DNA of 64,000 nucleotides from a virus: IMG/VR virus record IMGVR_UViG_3300021962_000066, positions 19,784 to 83,783 of that record; one strand, 5' to 3'. Shown piece by piece: positions 28,224 to 37,541 of this stretch (position 1 is its first letter; each line of letters starts with the position of its first letter). The notes under the pieces were generated by a model. It saw only the letters and a program-made list of their open reading frames with translations, ran no database searches and was not told where the DNA came from. The position numbers and the translations under genes were made by a program.

Positions 28224-29844
28224 TTTTTGTCCCCGGGTTGCAGGTGAACAAGTCTCTAATTTCCTGTGCCAGCTTTTGAATCTTTTTCTTAATTGCTTTA
28301 ATAATTGCTGCGATGTCGGGGATTTTAGGTATAAGAGATAGAATAAATTTAATTATACGTATCTGAACTTCGAGTGCCAACTTAGCAAGTAATTTTTTAA
28401 TCTTGAAGTTCTTAAAGAACGGAGGCCATACTGGCGGCCATTGTATCTGAGCAAGCTTTCCTAGTTCGAAAGTCTTCGCAAAATCAATAGCTTTACATAC
28501 TAGGTCTCGTATTTTACGAGCGGTACCAAGAGGAGATTGAATTGCCTGTGCGAAGTTTATACGCGAGAATTCAGGTACCGCCTTACTGATCATTCCGACA
28601 AAGCCGAGTAAGCCTTTAATACCTACTGGCTTCGCTGTTACTGAAGTCTTTGCTTGCGCGCTAACCATAGCCTTACCTTTCGCCGCTTGCTCAGGTGGTA
28701 CTACTGCTGGTTCCGGTAGGATGCTTGGTTTTATTGTGCCCTCAGATAGCAGGGCAGATGTATTAATCGGGATTACCTTACCGGATCTAACATTTGTAAC
28801 TGTTTTAGCAGTATATTGGGTATTAATATTTTTTTGGTTAATACTTACTACCGGCACTGCGTTACCAGATACTAGCGACTTAGCTATAGTTAAAGAGCTA
28901 CGAGCAATTTTTAATTTCTTACCCAGTAGATCTACTAAAACCGGGTTACCCTGAACTTTAATTGTAAATTGATATCTACCAACTGCTGCCGTATTGACCT
29001 CATAATCTCGTGAATTAAATCCGGTGTGGTCATTTATGTTAGAGACGTACGTTACTAATTTAAATACTGCTTGAAATTCATCATCGAGCTTATTAACTAT
29101 TCCTTCAATATAATTGCGTGCAAGTGAGTAGGACTGAATATCTGTTATTAAATTCGAGCCATGTGCTTCAGTGCTAGTTGCATATGCTTTCTGTATATTA
29201 ATAACGTTTTGCCGGAACATTGTAGTAGTTAACCTACTTAGCTTATCGGCCACTGCTATAGATGCAGGGCTTAGTTTATTAGCTAGGGTGGCTGGGTATG
29301 TTTTAGGGGGTTGATAGAGAGCACAATTAATATCATTAAACGGTATAACTGAATCCGTTAGCAGGTAGCCGGTATTAGCATAGAGACCTATACTATCACT
29401 AAACTTCTCGTAAATATTATTTGAGGCTAATGCCAACTCGACTACCTTCTTTACCTCATCCACACTCTGATTATATTTTTTTATCCAAGGAATTAAAAAC
29501 TGATTGTCTATACTGTATACATTAGAGTTAATATTGGTAAAGATATCTGCAGTCGAATTTACAAAATCACTTGAATTCAACGCTCTGTTATATTGGATGT
29601 ACCTATCAATATGCGAAGTAAAGTCAGTAAGATTGTCGAGATACGAGGTATATGCTTTTAAGAATTCTATGCTGCTTGTATAATTAGCTTCAGTGAATTC
29701 CGGTATAACTGTATACACACCGGTATTACTCTCCTCTGCAACTAAAGGATCAACTTTAATGACCTTTACTATATCCTTAGCAGTATTAATACTAAGGACT
29801 TTTTTAATACTTTTAGCAACGTCGATTTTAACAGGAATGCTCAT
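28195..29844 (-). CDS. Hypothetical baseplate/tail-associated protein with basic amphipathic C-terminus
   Basis: 549 aa; ATGA-coupled to the hub-like gene. Confidence 0.5.
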   Translation of the reverse strand: MSIPVKIDVAKSIKKVLSINTAKDIVKVIKVDPLVAEESNTGVYTVIPEFTEANYTSSIEFLKAYTSYLDNLTDFTSHIDRYIQYNRALNSSDFVNSTADIFTNINSNVYSIDNQFLIPWIKKYNQSVDEVKKVVELALASNNIYEKFSDSIGLYANTGYLLTDSVIPFNDINCALYQPPKTYPATLANKLSPASIAVADKLSRLTTTMFRQNVINIQKAYATSTEAHGSNLITDIQSYSLARNYIEGIVNKLDDEFQAVFKLVTYVSNINDHTGFNSRDYEVNTAAVGRYQFTIKVQGNPVLVDLLGKKLKIARSSLTIAKSLVSGNAVPVVSINQKNINTQYTAKTVTNVRSGKVIPINTSALLSEGTIKPSILPEPAVVPPEQAAKGKAMVSAQAKTSVTAKPVGIKGLLGFVGMISKAVPEFSRINFAQAIQSPLGTARKIRDLVCKAIDFAKTFELGKLAQIQWPPVWPPFFKNFKIKKLLAKLALEVQIRIIKFILSLIPKIPDIAAIIKAIKKKIQKLAQEIRDLFTCNPGTKIRIPLPVQK

Positions 29845-31349
29845 AGTACCAGCTCCGTCTGGTTTAAGTCTTTATAATTATAAGTCTTTACTGCAACCAC
29901 TTCATTATGATAGTCACCAGCTGAGAATATATGATTAACTTTAACTATCATGTAGATGCCTAATAACTTATCATCAAAAGCAGAATCTCTAGTACTATCA
30001 GTTCGATCAATCGATATAAACTTCCCAGCTTGTCTATATGTAGCACCCGGCAATTTAAAGCTAATAGAGTTATTAAGCATTATCGCATTATATAGAGCCT
30101 CATTTCTGCCTACTCCTAAACGTTGCTTCTTATTATCTTGTGATGTAGAATATACGTTAGATATATTTTGATTAGTATTGCGATAAACGTTGCCTACGAG
30201 GTTAGACTGTGGTGCGCCTCGCTGCCCAAGCATTTTATTAACGTAATTAGAGCTATATACCTTCTTAATATTATCGAAGCTATTAGACTCAGTGTCTACT
30301 GCGAAGTCTTTATTACCGTGCGAGTATGAGTGAACATTATGAGTATTAATACGAGTCTGAGTGAGATTACCGGGCGGCGGTACAAAGCTAAAATTATTAA
30401 CCGTACCTGCATTACTAAAGTAAACTGATACTGCTGGTGATCGAGATATAATAGTATTTAACACATTCGGATCAGATCCCTTAAGACCGCCGAGTAGTAG
30501 CTTCTCTAAAAATAACGGGCCACCTGCATTATTAGCAGCATTATATGCATTATCAAAATACTCCTTCATGCTTATTAGGGACCATGCTTTCGGGTACCTG
30601 TCAATAGCTAACCAGCACTGATCAAAATTATTTGCAGCTGTACTTACGTGCTTCGATAGTAGGTATTCTAGGCAATCGCCAGCCTTGTAGCCTGTAGGCG
30701 AACTAAAGAATATATCGGTCCCGCCTGCATCAAATTTACCGAAAGCGAGTTTAAATCCGTCACTAAGTGGAAAAGTTTGCTTTAATACCTCCTGAATAGC
30801 AACACCGGTAGATACAGTACCAACCTCTTTATTGTTACTAAACGCGCCCTTACCCAGCTTGGCAGTTGAAAAATTAATGTTCTTTTCTAACAGAATCTGG
30901 TGATATAAGTCCCAGAAGTATAGTTTTTTAAATTTCAGAGAGGGGTTATCTGTCTCTATTTCCTCAATATTATAGACAATAAAATCATAATTTAAGGAAA
31001 ACATAGCCTTTGTTTTTTCGTTTGCCTGCGAGCTATTTTTGGTGTTAATCTTAGGCGTTATAGATATTCTCAAGGCATCGCGTGAGTCTCCTCTAAATAG
31101 ATAACTCTTACCGTCTTGACCTGGCCTCTCGAGTAGATCGTGGTCATTCTTAACTACAATATAACCAGATACGTAATATTCATTCATCGAGTCTTCGATC
31201 TGAAGAGCCTCGATGCCTTCAGATCTAAATACAAACGCTTTACCCTCAGGATTATGTAGGGTCACATAGAAATCATATAGATCGCTTCCGTACTGTACGG
31301 TACCGAAATCTGCAGACTGCGCGCTACTCTTAAGAAGTCCATCAATCAT
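29841..31349 (-). CDS. Baseplate hub protein (gp27-like)
   Basis: LQIEDSM..VSGYI at the N-terminus; LPG...AGKFI...GIYMIVKVNHIF at the C-terminus; follows gp53. Confidence 0.6.
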   Translation of the reverse strand: MIDGLLKSSAQSADFGTVQYGSDLYDFYVTLHNPEGKAFVFRSEGIEALQIEDSMNEYYVSGYIVVKNDHDLLERPGQDGKSYLFRGDSRDALRISITPKINTKNSSQANEKTKAMFSLNYDFIVYNIEEIETDNPSLKFKKLYFWDLYHQILLEKNINFSTAKLGKGAFSNNKEVGTVSTGVAIQEVLKQTFPLSDGFKLAFGKFDAGGTDIFFSSPTGYKAGDCLEYLLSKHVSTAANNFDQCWLAIDRYPKAWSLISMKEYFDNAYNAANNAGGPLFLEKLLLGGLKGSDPNVLNTIISRSPAVSVYFSNAGTVNNFSFVPPPGNLTQTRINTHNVHSYSHGNKDFAVDTESNSFDNIKKVYSSNYVNKMLGQRGAPQSNLVGNVYRNTNQNISNVYSTSQDNKKQRLGVGRNEALYNAIMLNNSISFKLPGATYRQAGKFISIDRTDSTRDSAFDDKLLGIYMIVKVNHIFSAGDYHNEVVAVKTYNYKDLNQTELVL

Positions 31350-31699
31350 AGAGTGTTTAATATGTCACTAATAACTAGCCTTATATATTCCGGTTTAAGT
31401 ATCTTAATTGTACCTGAAGGTACTTGGGTAGGGTCTTTAATCTTATTTAGTATAACAATGAGCCACCACAAGTCTATCGTACCGTATGCGGTATAGCTAA
31501 CTGTTGTCCAGGGCATCTTTTCATTTACTACAATTGTATAATATACGTTCTTATCTATATTGTCAGGAATGGTAACCTTATTTAAAATGTTATAGTAGTA
31601 TCCACCATTTTTCTGCTGATACATTTTAAATATGTTTTCATATCTATAATCCGTTAAGGACGGTAGAGCAGCTATATTATTTTGATATTCGCCAGGCAT
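31346..31699 (-). CDS. gp53: Baseplate wedge protein (gp53-like, LysM-like)
   Basis: VSYTAYGTIDLWWLIVILNKIKDP. Confidence 0.8.
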   Translation of the reverse strand: MPGEYQNNIAALPSLTDYRYENIFKMYQQKNGGYYYNILNKVTIPDNIDKNVYYTIVVNEKMPWTTVSYTAYGTIDLWWLIVILNKIKDPTQVPSGTIKILKPEYIRLVISDILNTL

Positions 31700-31703
31700 A
31701 AAG

Positions 31704-33020
31704 TTAAGCTATACCGTTTACTCTATTAACAATCTCCTGTGCATTGTCAGGGAGGATATTTTTAAGAACAGCCTGGTTTATTTTATTTTTTATGTCGTCT
31801 ACTTGTACTGGTTGATCGTTTACTAGAGAATACATAAAGTTTTTACTGTCTGTAACTAACCCCTGCAATGTTATTGATATCTCGTATGCCTCGGGTACGA
31901 TTGTCTGAAAGTTAGTAGTGATATTAGATATCCCACCGCCGCTTTTTATCGAAGCTGGTACGTTAATTTTCATCATTCTCCGGGTACCTTTGTAGGCAAC
32001 TCCCAATGACGATATAAAACTGAAGGGCATATATTTTACGCCAGGAATAGTCACTTCATAGAGAGGAGGTGGCTCAATAAGATTGCGATTAATTCTTTCC
32101 GGCTTATTGTTATAGAGTAGTAGAAATATAAACTGCCAGTTACGTACGACGTCCTCGTAAGTTGCACTACCGGTATTAATGAGAGGAAATTTTAAAGTAA
32201 TACTCTCTCCAGTTTTGGAGTACTGATAGTACTGACTATTCTCAACATAGGTCCCTAAACCGATCACCGATCCTGCAATATCGTTCACTAGGCTTTGTAC
32301 ACCTTGAGTAAATCCGAGTATATTACTAGCCAGTAATCCGCCTGCAATAGTAGTATCAGATGACGCTCCCCAGCCATTAGTAGCACTTTGATTATAATCC
32401 TCAAAGTATGGTAGGACAAACTGCCACCCGGTTGGTTCAGTTATATATAACCCCCTATACCAGTGTAAATAGTTTTGATTTAAAAAGTTAGGATCGTCAC
32501 CTATAACTGCCTCTAACTCCCCTCTTATTCTATCAGATAGAGATTCGGAATTTATACTTGTGCTGCCTAATCCAAGCTGTTGAGCTGTCTGGGTCTTGCT
32601 AAACGCACTAATAGCTTGACCTACACCGCCTGCTACTTTAGTAAATAATTCGGTTGTTAATTTACCTACATCCACCGGATTAGTTGATGAACTTATTCCA
32701 AAAAGTCGTGCAAGATCCTTACCACCGTCAGCAGCGCCACCTACAGAATATAAAGCCTGTGCAATTAATGAATTAACCTTTAGTCGTCTTTCCTTTAACT
32801 TAACATAGGGAGCTTGATCTCTACCAGTATCACTAGTACGCTTCTTTGAGTTTGTCCATAAGAAACCATTTAGTACGTTAACGATATCGCCGCCACCACC
32901 GCCGGAGCCGGCGAACTGACCTATATTTTGATAGGTATTACCGTTTGGCGAAGTTATCGTGGGCAGTGTAAACTTTGACGAACTTCTTTCAAACGCAAAT
33001 TGCCATAGATTTGAGGCCAT
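31704..33020 (-). CDS. Baseplate tail-tube initiator (gp48/gp54-like)
   Basis: PPPLYEVTIPG..FISSLGVAY..PEAYEISITL tube-fold motif; located before gp53. Confidence 0.55.
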   Translation of the reverse strand: MASNLWQFAFERSSSKFTLPTITSPNGNTYQNIGQFAGSGGGGGDIVNVLNGFLWTNSKKRTSDTGRDQAPYVKLKERRLKVNSLIAQALYSVGGAADGGKDLARLFGISSSTNPVDVGKLTTELFTKVAGGVGQAISAFSKTQTAQQLGLGSTSINSESLSDRIRGELEAVIGDDPNFLNQNYLHWYRGLYITEPTGWQFVLPYFEDYNQSATNGWGASSDTTIAGGLLASNILGFTQGVQSLVNDIAGSVIGLGTYVENSQYYQYSKTGESITLKFPLINTGSATYEDVVRNWQFIFLLLYNNKPERINRNLIEPPPLYEVTIPGVKYMPFSFISSLGVAYKGTRRMMKINVPASIKSGGGISNITTNFQTIVPEAYEISITLQGLVTDSKNFMYSLVNDQPVQVDDIKNKINQAVLKNILPDNAQEIVNRVNGIA

Positions 33021-33031
33021 ATAGTTATTTA

Positions 33032-34624
33032 TTATCCTACGCCCTGTCTAAAAAGAGACTGTAGAGGAGATGTACTATACGATAACGATGTAGTCTTAGG
33101 TGCATTAACTATTGTAGTATTGCCGGGTTTCTGCATAGCACTACAACCTAGCTCAACTAGTAATTTGTTGGTACCGACAAGTAGTTCTATGATCCTTGTA
33201 TTCTGAGTAACAGATGTTTTCTGTAGAGCAAGAGACTCCTTCGATACAAAATTGATCGGTCCATCAGACTTATAACCTAATACATCATCAGTACTATCAA
33301 ACCGCTGTGTAGGCTGACCCGGTCTACTTATAAAGTCATTTGCGGTATCTGTCGGCTGAGGGCTGGGGACAAGCTTTTGATCCTCAAGCTTTTTATCCTT
33401 ACGGGCAGCAAGTATACCCTTCAGACGCTTAATATTTTCATTTGCCTCAGCCTGATCCTCACCACCGTTTTTAGCCTTACGAGCAGCATCTATACCCATC
33501 AGACGCTTCATATTTTTATCTGCCTCATCCTGGTCCTTACCACCGGCCCTCTCTACCCCCAATCTCCCATGAAGAAACTTGGGTATCACGCTTCTCACAA
33601 TACCCTTTGCAAGGTCTTCAAGTGACTCTATAAAGGATATATAGATGTCCCCAATCATTGCTTCGAATTGTAGTTTCTTTTTTTCAAAAGCATTTTTTAT
33701 AGGTTCAACTACATACTCTTTCCATATACACTCAAAAAACGGTGCTACATTGTTCTTCCAAAACTCGACAAGTTCTGGTTTAATATCTGTTTTCCAGGTA
33801 TCCGTTATGGATTTCCAAACGCCTTTAAAAAAACAAACTAAACCACCCCAGATCTTAAGTATATCTGTCTTCCACTCAGGCCAGTTATCCGTTATGGATT
33901 TCCAAACGCCTTTAAAAAAACAAACTAAACCACCCCAGATCTTAAGTATATTTGTCTTCCACTTAGGCCAGTTATCCGCTATGGATTTCCAAACGCCTTT
34001 AAAAAAACAAACTAAACCACCCCAGATCTTAAGTATATTTGTCTTCCACTTAGGCCAGTTATCCGCTATGGATTTCCAAACGCCTTTAAAAAAAAAAACT
34101 GCAGACTTAAAAAACTTTCCGACTACGTCAGGTAGTGTTTTAGTAAGAAATTTGACTATACTTTTCAGTGCAGGTCCGAGGAGAGGGGTAATATACTTGG
34201 TTATAAACCCAGTAACCGTCTTAAACATATCAATTAGAAACGGGAATACCTTATCCTTTATAAAAGGTAAGAGAAACTTTAATAATACTGCGCCAATAGC
34301 AATGCCTCCCAGAATTTTTAAAAGCTTACCAAAGAAACTGCCTCCATCTTCCTTTTTTTCAGCTACCGCTTTATCTGTCTTTGTACTAGAGGCCTTATTG
34401 GAGAGGTCGCTCAAGAATTTTTTACCTTCATTACTGTAGCTCTCTATCCGAACCGATGTTACTTTCTTGACGATTTCGCGCGGCTCTTTTGGCTTTGTCT
34501 CAGCAAATTGCTCTTTACTGTCATCAGATAGTTTTTTCCGCTGAGGCTCCGCTTCAGAGCTAGGCAGCTTTGAAAGGAGCTGTATTACTTTGTCTAACCT
34601 TGCTACTACTGCATCATTCATCAC
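33032..34624 (-). CDS. Tape-measure/gp29-like protein with Trp-periodic repeats
   Basis: Hydrophobic segment LLKILGGIAIGAVLLKFLL; 29-aa repeats; between gp26-like and gp48-like genes. Confidence 0.6.
   Translation of the reverse strand: MMNDAVVARLDKVIQLLSKLPSSEAEPQRKKLSDDSKEQFAETKPKEPREIVKKVTSVRIESYSNEGKKFLSDLSNKASSTKTDKAVAEKKEDGGSFFGKLLKILGGIAIGAVLLKFLLPFIKDKVFPFLIDMFKTVTGFITKYITPLLGPALKSIVKFLTKTLPDVVGKFFKSAVFFFKGVWKSIADNWPKWKTNILKIWGGLVCFFKGVWKSIADNWPKWKTNILKIWGGLVCFFKGVWKSITDNWPEWKTDILKIWGGLVCFFKGVWKSITDTWKTDIKPELVEFWKNNVAPFFECIWKEYVVEPIKNAFEKKKLQFEAMIGDIYISFIESLEDLAKGIVRSVIPKFLHGRLGVERAGGKDQDEADKNMKRLMGIDAARKAKNGGEDQAEANENIKRLKGILAARKDKKLEDQKLVPSPQPTDTANDFISRPGQPTQRFDSTDDVLGYKSDGPINFVSKESLALQKTSVTQNTRIIELLVGTNKLLVELGCSAMQKPGNTTIVNAPKTTSLSYSTSPLQSLFRQGVG
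33800..34098. repeat. 87-bp tandem repeat, ~3.4 copies, in frame
   Basis: Units start near 33801, 33888, 33975 and 34062; encode FFKGVWKSI(A/T)DNWP(K/E)WKT(N/D)ILKIWGGLVC. Confidence 0.95.
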
Positions 34625-34646
34625 TATTATTTAATAGTGACACGGA

Positions 34647-35384
34647 CTATGTAGTAAAGAACCCCTGATTAATGTCGATTTCGATAGTATCGTCGTCAAT
34701 TTTCAGTAGAGTTGCTTCAAATTCCTTGACTTTATTAATATATTCAACAATTTTATTGTACAAACTAGCAGGCAAACTCTCTAAGAGTTGAAACTGCTGC
34801 TTAACAGCGAGATCTGACATAATAATATCTACACCCAAAGCAGGGCTGTGTATTTTTTGTACATACTTTAATACTTCATAGATAAACAGTTCACCAAGTA
34901 AATCTGACGATTTTTTAGTATCATCTGCTGATTTAAGTAGAACTGTGTTGTATACTGTGTCTAGTTGAAGGTTAGGTATCTTACAATATACAGTTAAATC
35001 TGTAGTTTCAATTGTTTGCTGTTTTAACGAATCAGCAATAATTACTCTATTTTTTGCTAGTTGGAGAAGGTTATACGTCTTTTCTTTGTATATATACGTA
35101 GGCGATATAGTAGCCGCACGTAGTTGAGCAATAATATAGTTTCTATCAGAGACTAGAAACTCACACTTAGTGATACTATTAGTAAGCAGGATGCTATTAA
35201 TAGTATCGAGAAGCGATACCATATTCAGTTTATTATCTGCTGCTGTCTTTATTAAGTCTTTCTGTTGTTTAGCAGTAAGGGATTTAAAGACTACAGAAAC
35301 ATTAGCAGAGGGTACAAACAACTCTGTTCGTTGATTGTCAGTAATGGCCTTAACAGACGTTAAAATTTGATTAAAATCGTTCAT
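34647..35384 (-). CDS. Baseplate hub assembly chaperone (gp26-like)
   Basis: VPS..VVFKSLTAKQQKDL, DRNYIIAQLRA, LLESLP. Confidence 0.7.
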   Translation of the reverse strand: MNDFNQILTSVKAITDNQRTELFVPSANVSVVFKSLTAKQQKDLIKTAADNKLNMVSLLDTINSILLTNSITKCEFLVSDRNYIIAQLRAATISPTYIYKEKTYNLLQLAKNRVIIADSLKQQTIETTDLTVYCKIPNLQLDTVYNTVLLKSADDTKKSSDLLGELFIYEVLKYVQKIHSPALGVDIIMSDLAVKQQFQLLESLPASLYNKIVEYINKVKEFEATLLKIDDDTIEIDINQGFFTT

Positions 35385-35416
35385 TTGTTTTTACTTATTA
35401 ATATAAATCGGTTAAA

Positions 35417-36214
35417 TCAAGCAGGTCGAATCGGTATACTCGACTGAGGCTCTTGATTAGCACTACGCTGCTCTTCGACAAAGCTACTGAACATATCAAC
35501 CTCTGCAGGCGGTAGATCTACGATATAGCTCGTATCCACCTCCAAGCTATTGGAGATATTAACGACCTTCTTAAAGCAATTAATAATGTTTGCAGTATAT
35601 AATACCTTAACTAACTCGAACAGAGAACCACCCATATAGCTGCATTCAATCTTAGTGCCAGCTATACTAAATTGTATTTTACTCAACTCTTCCTCTATCA
35701 CGGTAATATACTGAGCGACTAGCTCGTTAGTATTAGCTGGCAGGCTATTATATAGCTGACATCTTTCGTCTGGAAGAAGAGTACGACTAATACCGTCAAT
35801 AATGATAGCGTGTATAAAATCCTCTTTATTAATATCAATAAATTTAGCAGGGGTTTTGATAATAATACTAATATTATCAGATATTAATATTACTTGAGGA
35901 GTTACATTTAGAGTAGACAATGACTGCAACAATCCATATAAATCTATCTCAGTTACAGTGTTACCTGAAGTAAGCTTGAGGGTACCTCCCACTGACAGTA
36001 CTCTCATAAAAATAAGAACTACGAGAGCATCTAAACCTGCAAGATTAAGACTATTAGAATACTTTGCAGCCAGTTCTATATAACAATCTTGTATATGGGC
36101 GTTTACTCCATTCTGTATAAACTTATTAGCCGTGATATAATCAGCAAACGTAAACTGTCTGACCTTAGCAGCAGTCTTACTCTCCGGCAGTGCTATCTCA
36201 CTATAAAACTTCAT
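35417..36214 (-). CDS. Second gp26/gp51-like hub assembly protein
   Basis: LPES..VRQFTFADY, FMRVLSVG, LYNSLP, C-terminal DLPPAE; start MKFY at 36214. Confidence 0.5.
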   Translation of the reverse strand: MKFYSEIALPESKTAAKVRQFTFADYITANKFIQNGVNAHIQDCYIELAAKYSNSLNLAGLDALVVLIFMRVLSVGGTLKLTSGNTVTEIDLYGLLQSLSTLNVTPQVILISDNISIIIKTPAKFIDINKEDFIHAIIIDGISRTLLPDERCQLYNSLPANTNELVAQYITVIEEELSKIQFSIAGTKIECSYMGGSLFELVKVLYTANIINCFKKVVNISNSLEVDTSYIVDLPPAEVDMFSSFVEEQRSANQEPQSSIPIRPA

Positions 36215-36236
36215 ACAGCAATATAAATATATACAC

Positions 36237-36797
36237 ATGAATAGCGATAGTCAACTTATCTGGGAGGCTTACACAACTGCAAACGAAGGCATCCTCAACA
36301 CAGCAGGCCACATTGCATTGGATGTAGGCGGAGCAGTAGCTGGTCCGATAGGTGGCTTAATCGGTAGCGCAACTGGCGCGGCTGTCGGTGAGACTATAGG
36401 AGCAGGTTTTGATCTTACAAACGCGATATGGTATGCAACGGAGGGCGAGTATCTAAATGCTGCTTTATCGGTAATTTCGTTGATACCTGTAGTAGGCGAT
36501 GCTGTCGGTAAAGGTGGCAGGCTTGCAATTTATCTTGCAAAAGCAGCTAAGACAGTTAAACCTCTGGGAGCTGCCGGTAGAGTAGCAGCTAAAGGTATTA
36601 TTAAAGGCAGGCGGGCTGTTGTAACAGTAAGTCCTAAGATAGCAAAAATACAGCAGGTTATTAAAACTAACAAAGTTCTCATAGACGGAGCTCTCGACCA
36701 AGCTAGTAAAAATGAAAAACTCCGGCCGTACGTAGGAAAAATAAAATCCGCTTTACAAGCATTTACAGGGGAATCGGTACATACTTTGGAAAAATGA
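36237..36797 (+). CDS. Pre-toxin-TG-like domain protein, copy 1
   Basis: GHIALDVGG..FDLTNAIWYATEGEYLNAALSVISLIPVVGD; TATAAATA upstream. Confidence 0.65.
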   Translation: MNSDSQLIWEAYTTANEGILNTAGHIALDVGGAVAGPIGGLIGSATGAAVGETIGAGFDLTNAIWYATEGEYLNAALSVISLIPVVGDAVGKGGRLAIYLAKAAKTVKPLGAAGRVAAKGIIKGRRAVVTVSPKIAKIQQVIKTNKVLIDGALDQASKNEKLRPYVGKIKSALQAFTGESVHTLEK

Positions 36798-36949
36798 CAG
36801 AAATAATAGAAAAAGAACGTAATCAAACTATTTATACGTTAATGGGAGAAGGGGGTTGTTGTTTTGCAGGATCTGACCATCTTATTGAACTCAAACAACA
36901 GTTTCCGAGATTAAGCACAATCGACATAAATAATATTATATATGAATAG
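36794..36949 (+). CDS. Possible 51-aa ORF between the duplicated genes
   Basis: ATGA overlap with the copy 1 stop; MTEIIEKERNQTIYTLMGEGGCCFAGSDHLIELKQQFPRLSTIDINNIIYE*. Confidence 0.35.
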   Translation: MTEIIEKERNQTIYTLMGEGGCCFAGSDHLIELKQQFPRLSTIDINNIIYE

Positions 36950-37541
36950 CGATAGTCAACTTATCTGGGAGGCTTACACAACTGCAAACGAAGGCATCCT
37001 CAACACAGCAGGCCACATTGCATTGGATGTAGGTGGAGTCGTAGCAGATGCTGGATTCGGTGCTGGAGCAGCCTTTGATCTTACTAACGCGATATGGTAT
37101 GCAACAGAGGGCGAATATCTAAATGCAGCTTTATCGTTAATTTCGATGATACCTGTAGTAGGCGATGCTGTCGGTAAAGGTGGCAGGCTTGCAATTTATC
37201 TTGCAAAAGCAGCTAAGACAGTTAAACCTCTGGGAGCTACTGGTAGAGTAGCAGCTAAAGGTATTATTAAAGGCAGGCGGGCTGTTGTAACAGTAAGTCC
37301 TAAGATAACCAAAATACAACAGGCTATTAAATCTAACAAAGGTCTCATAGACGGAGCTCTCGACCAAGCTAGTAAAAATGAAAAACTCCGGCCGTACGTA
37401 GGAAAAATAAAATCCGCTTTACAAGCATTTACAGGGGAATCGGTACCTCCTATGCCGACTCCTCCTCAGACTCCTATCCAATCTCCAGCGCAGGCACAGG
37501 TTGCTACTCAAATGCCTGCACCTGCGCAGGCAGCTGCTTAA
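36942..37541 (+). CDS. Pre-toxin-TG-like domain protein, copy 2 (Pro/Gln/Ala tail)
   Basis: Near-identical to copy 1 over 156 aa; CATAAATA upstream. Confidence 0.65.
   Translation: MNSDSQLIWEAYTTANEGILNTAGHIALDVGGVVADAGFGAGAAFDLTNAIWYATEGEYLNAALSLISMIPVVGDAVGKGGRLAIYLAKAAKTVKPLGATGRVAAKGIIKGRRAVVTVSPKITKIQQAIKSNKGLIDGALDQASKNEKLRPYVGKIKSALQAFTGESVPPMPTPPQTPIQSPAQAQVATQMPAPAQAAA

Larger units (their letters stand above)
36236..37447 (+). repeat. Direct gene duplication (36236-36780 vs 36941-37447)
   Basis: Long identical stretches, one variable segment and different 3' ends. Confidence 0.95.

Noticed and set aside
33800-34098. 87-bp repeats as a CRISPR array
   Set aside because: Units are contiguous with no unique spacers, keep the reading frame, and no cas genes are present
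33645-34439. 264-aa plus-strand ORF
   Set aside because: Antisense shadow of the repeat-containing tape-measure-like gene
36236-37447. Duplicated genes as a DGR template/variable repeat pair
   Set aside because: Differences are not adenine-specific, include an indel, both copies are full ORFs, and no reverse transcriptase is in the window
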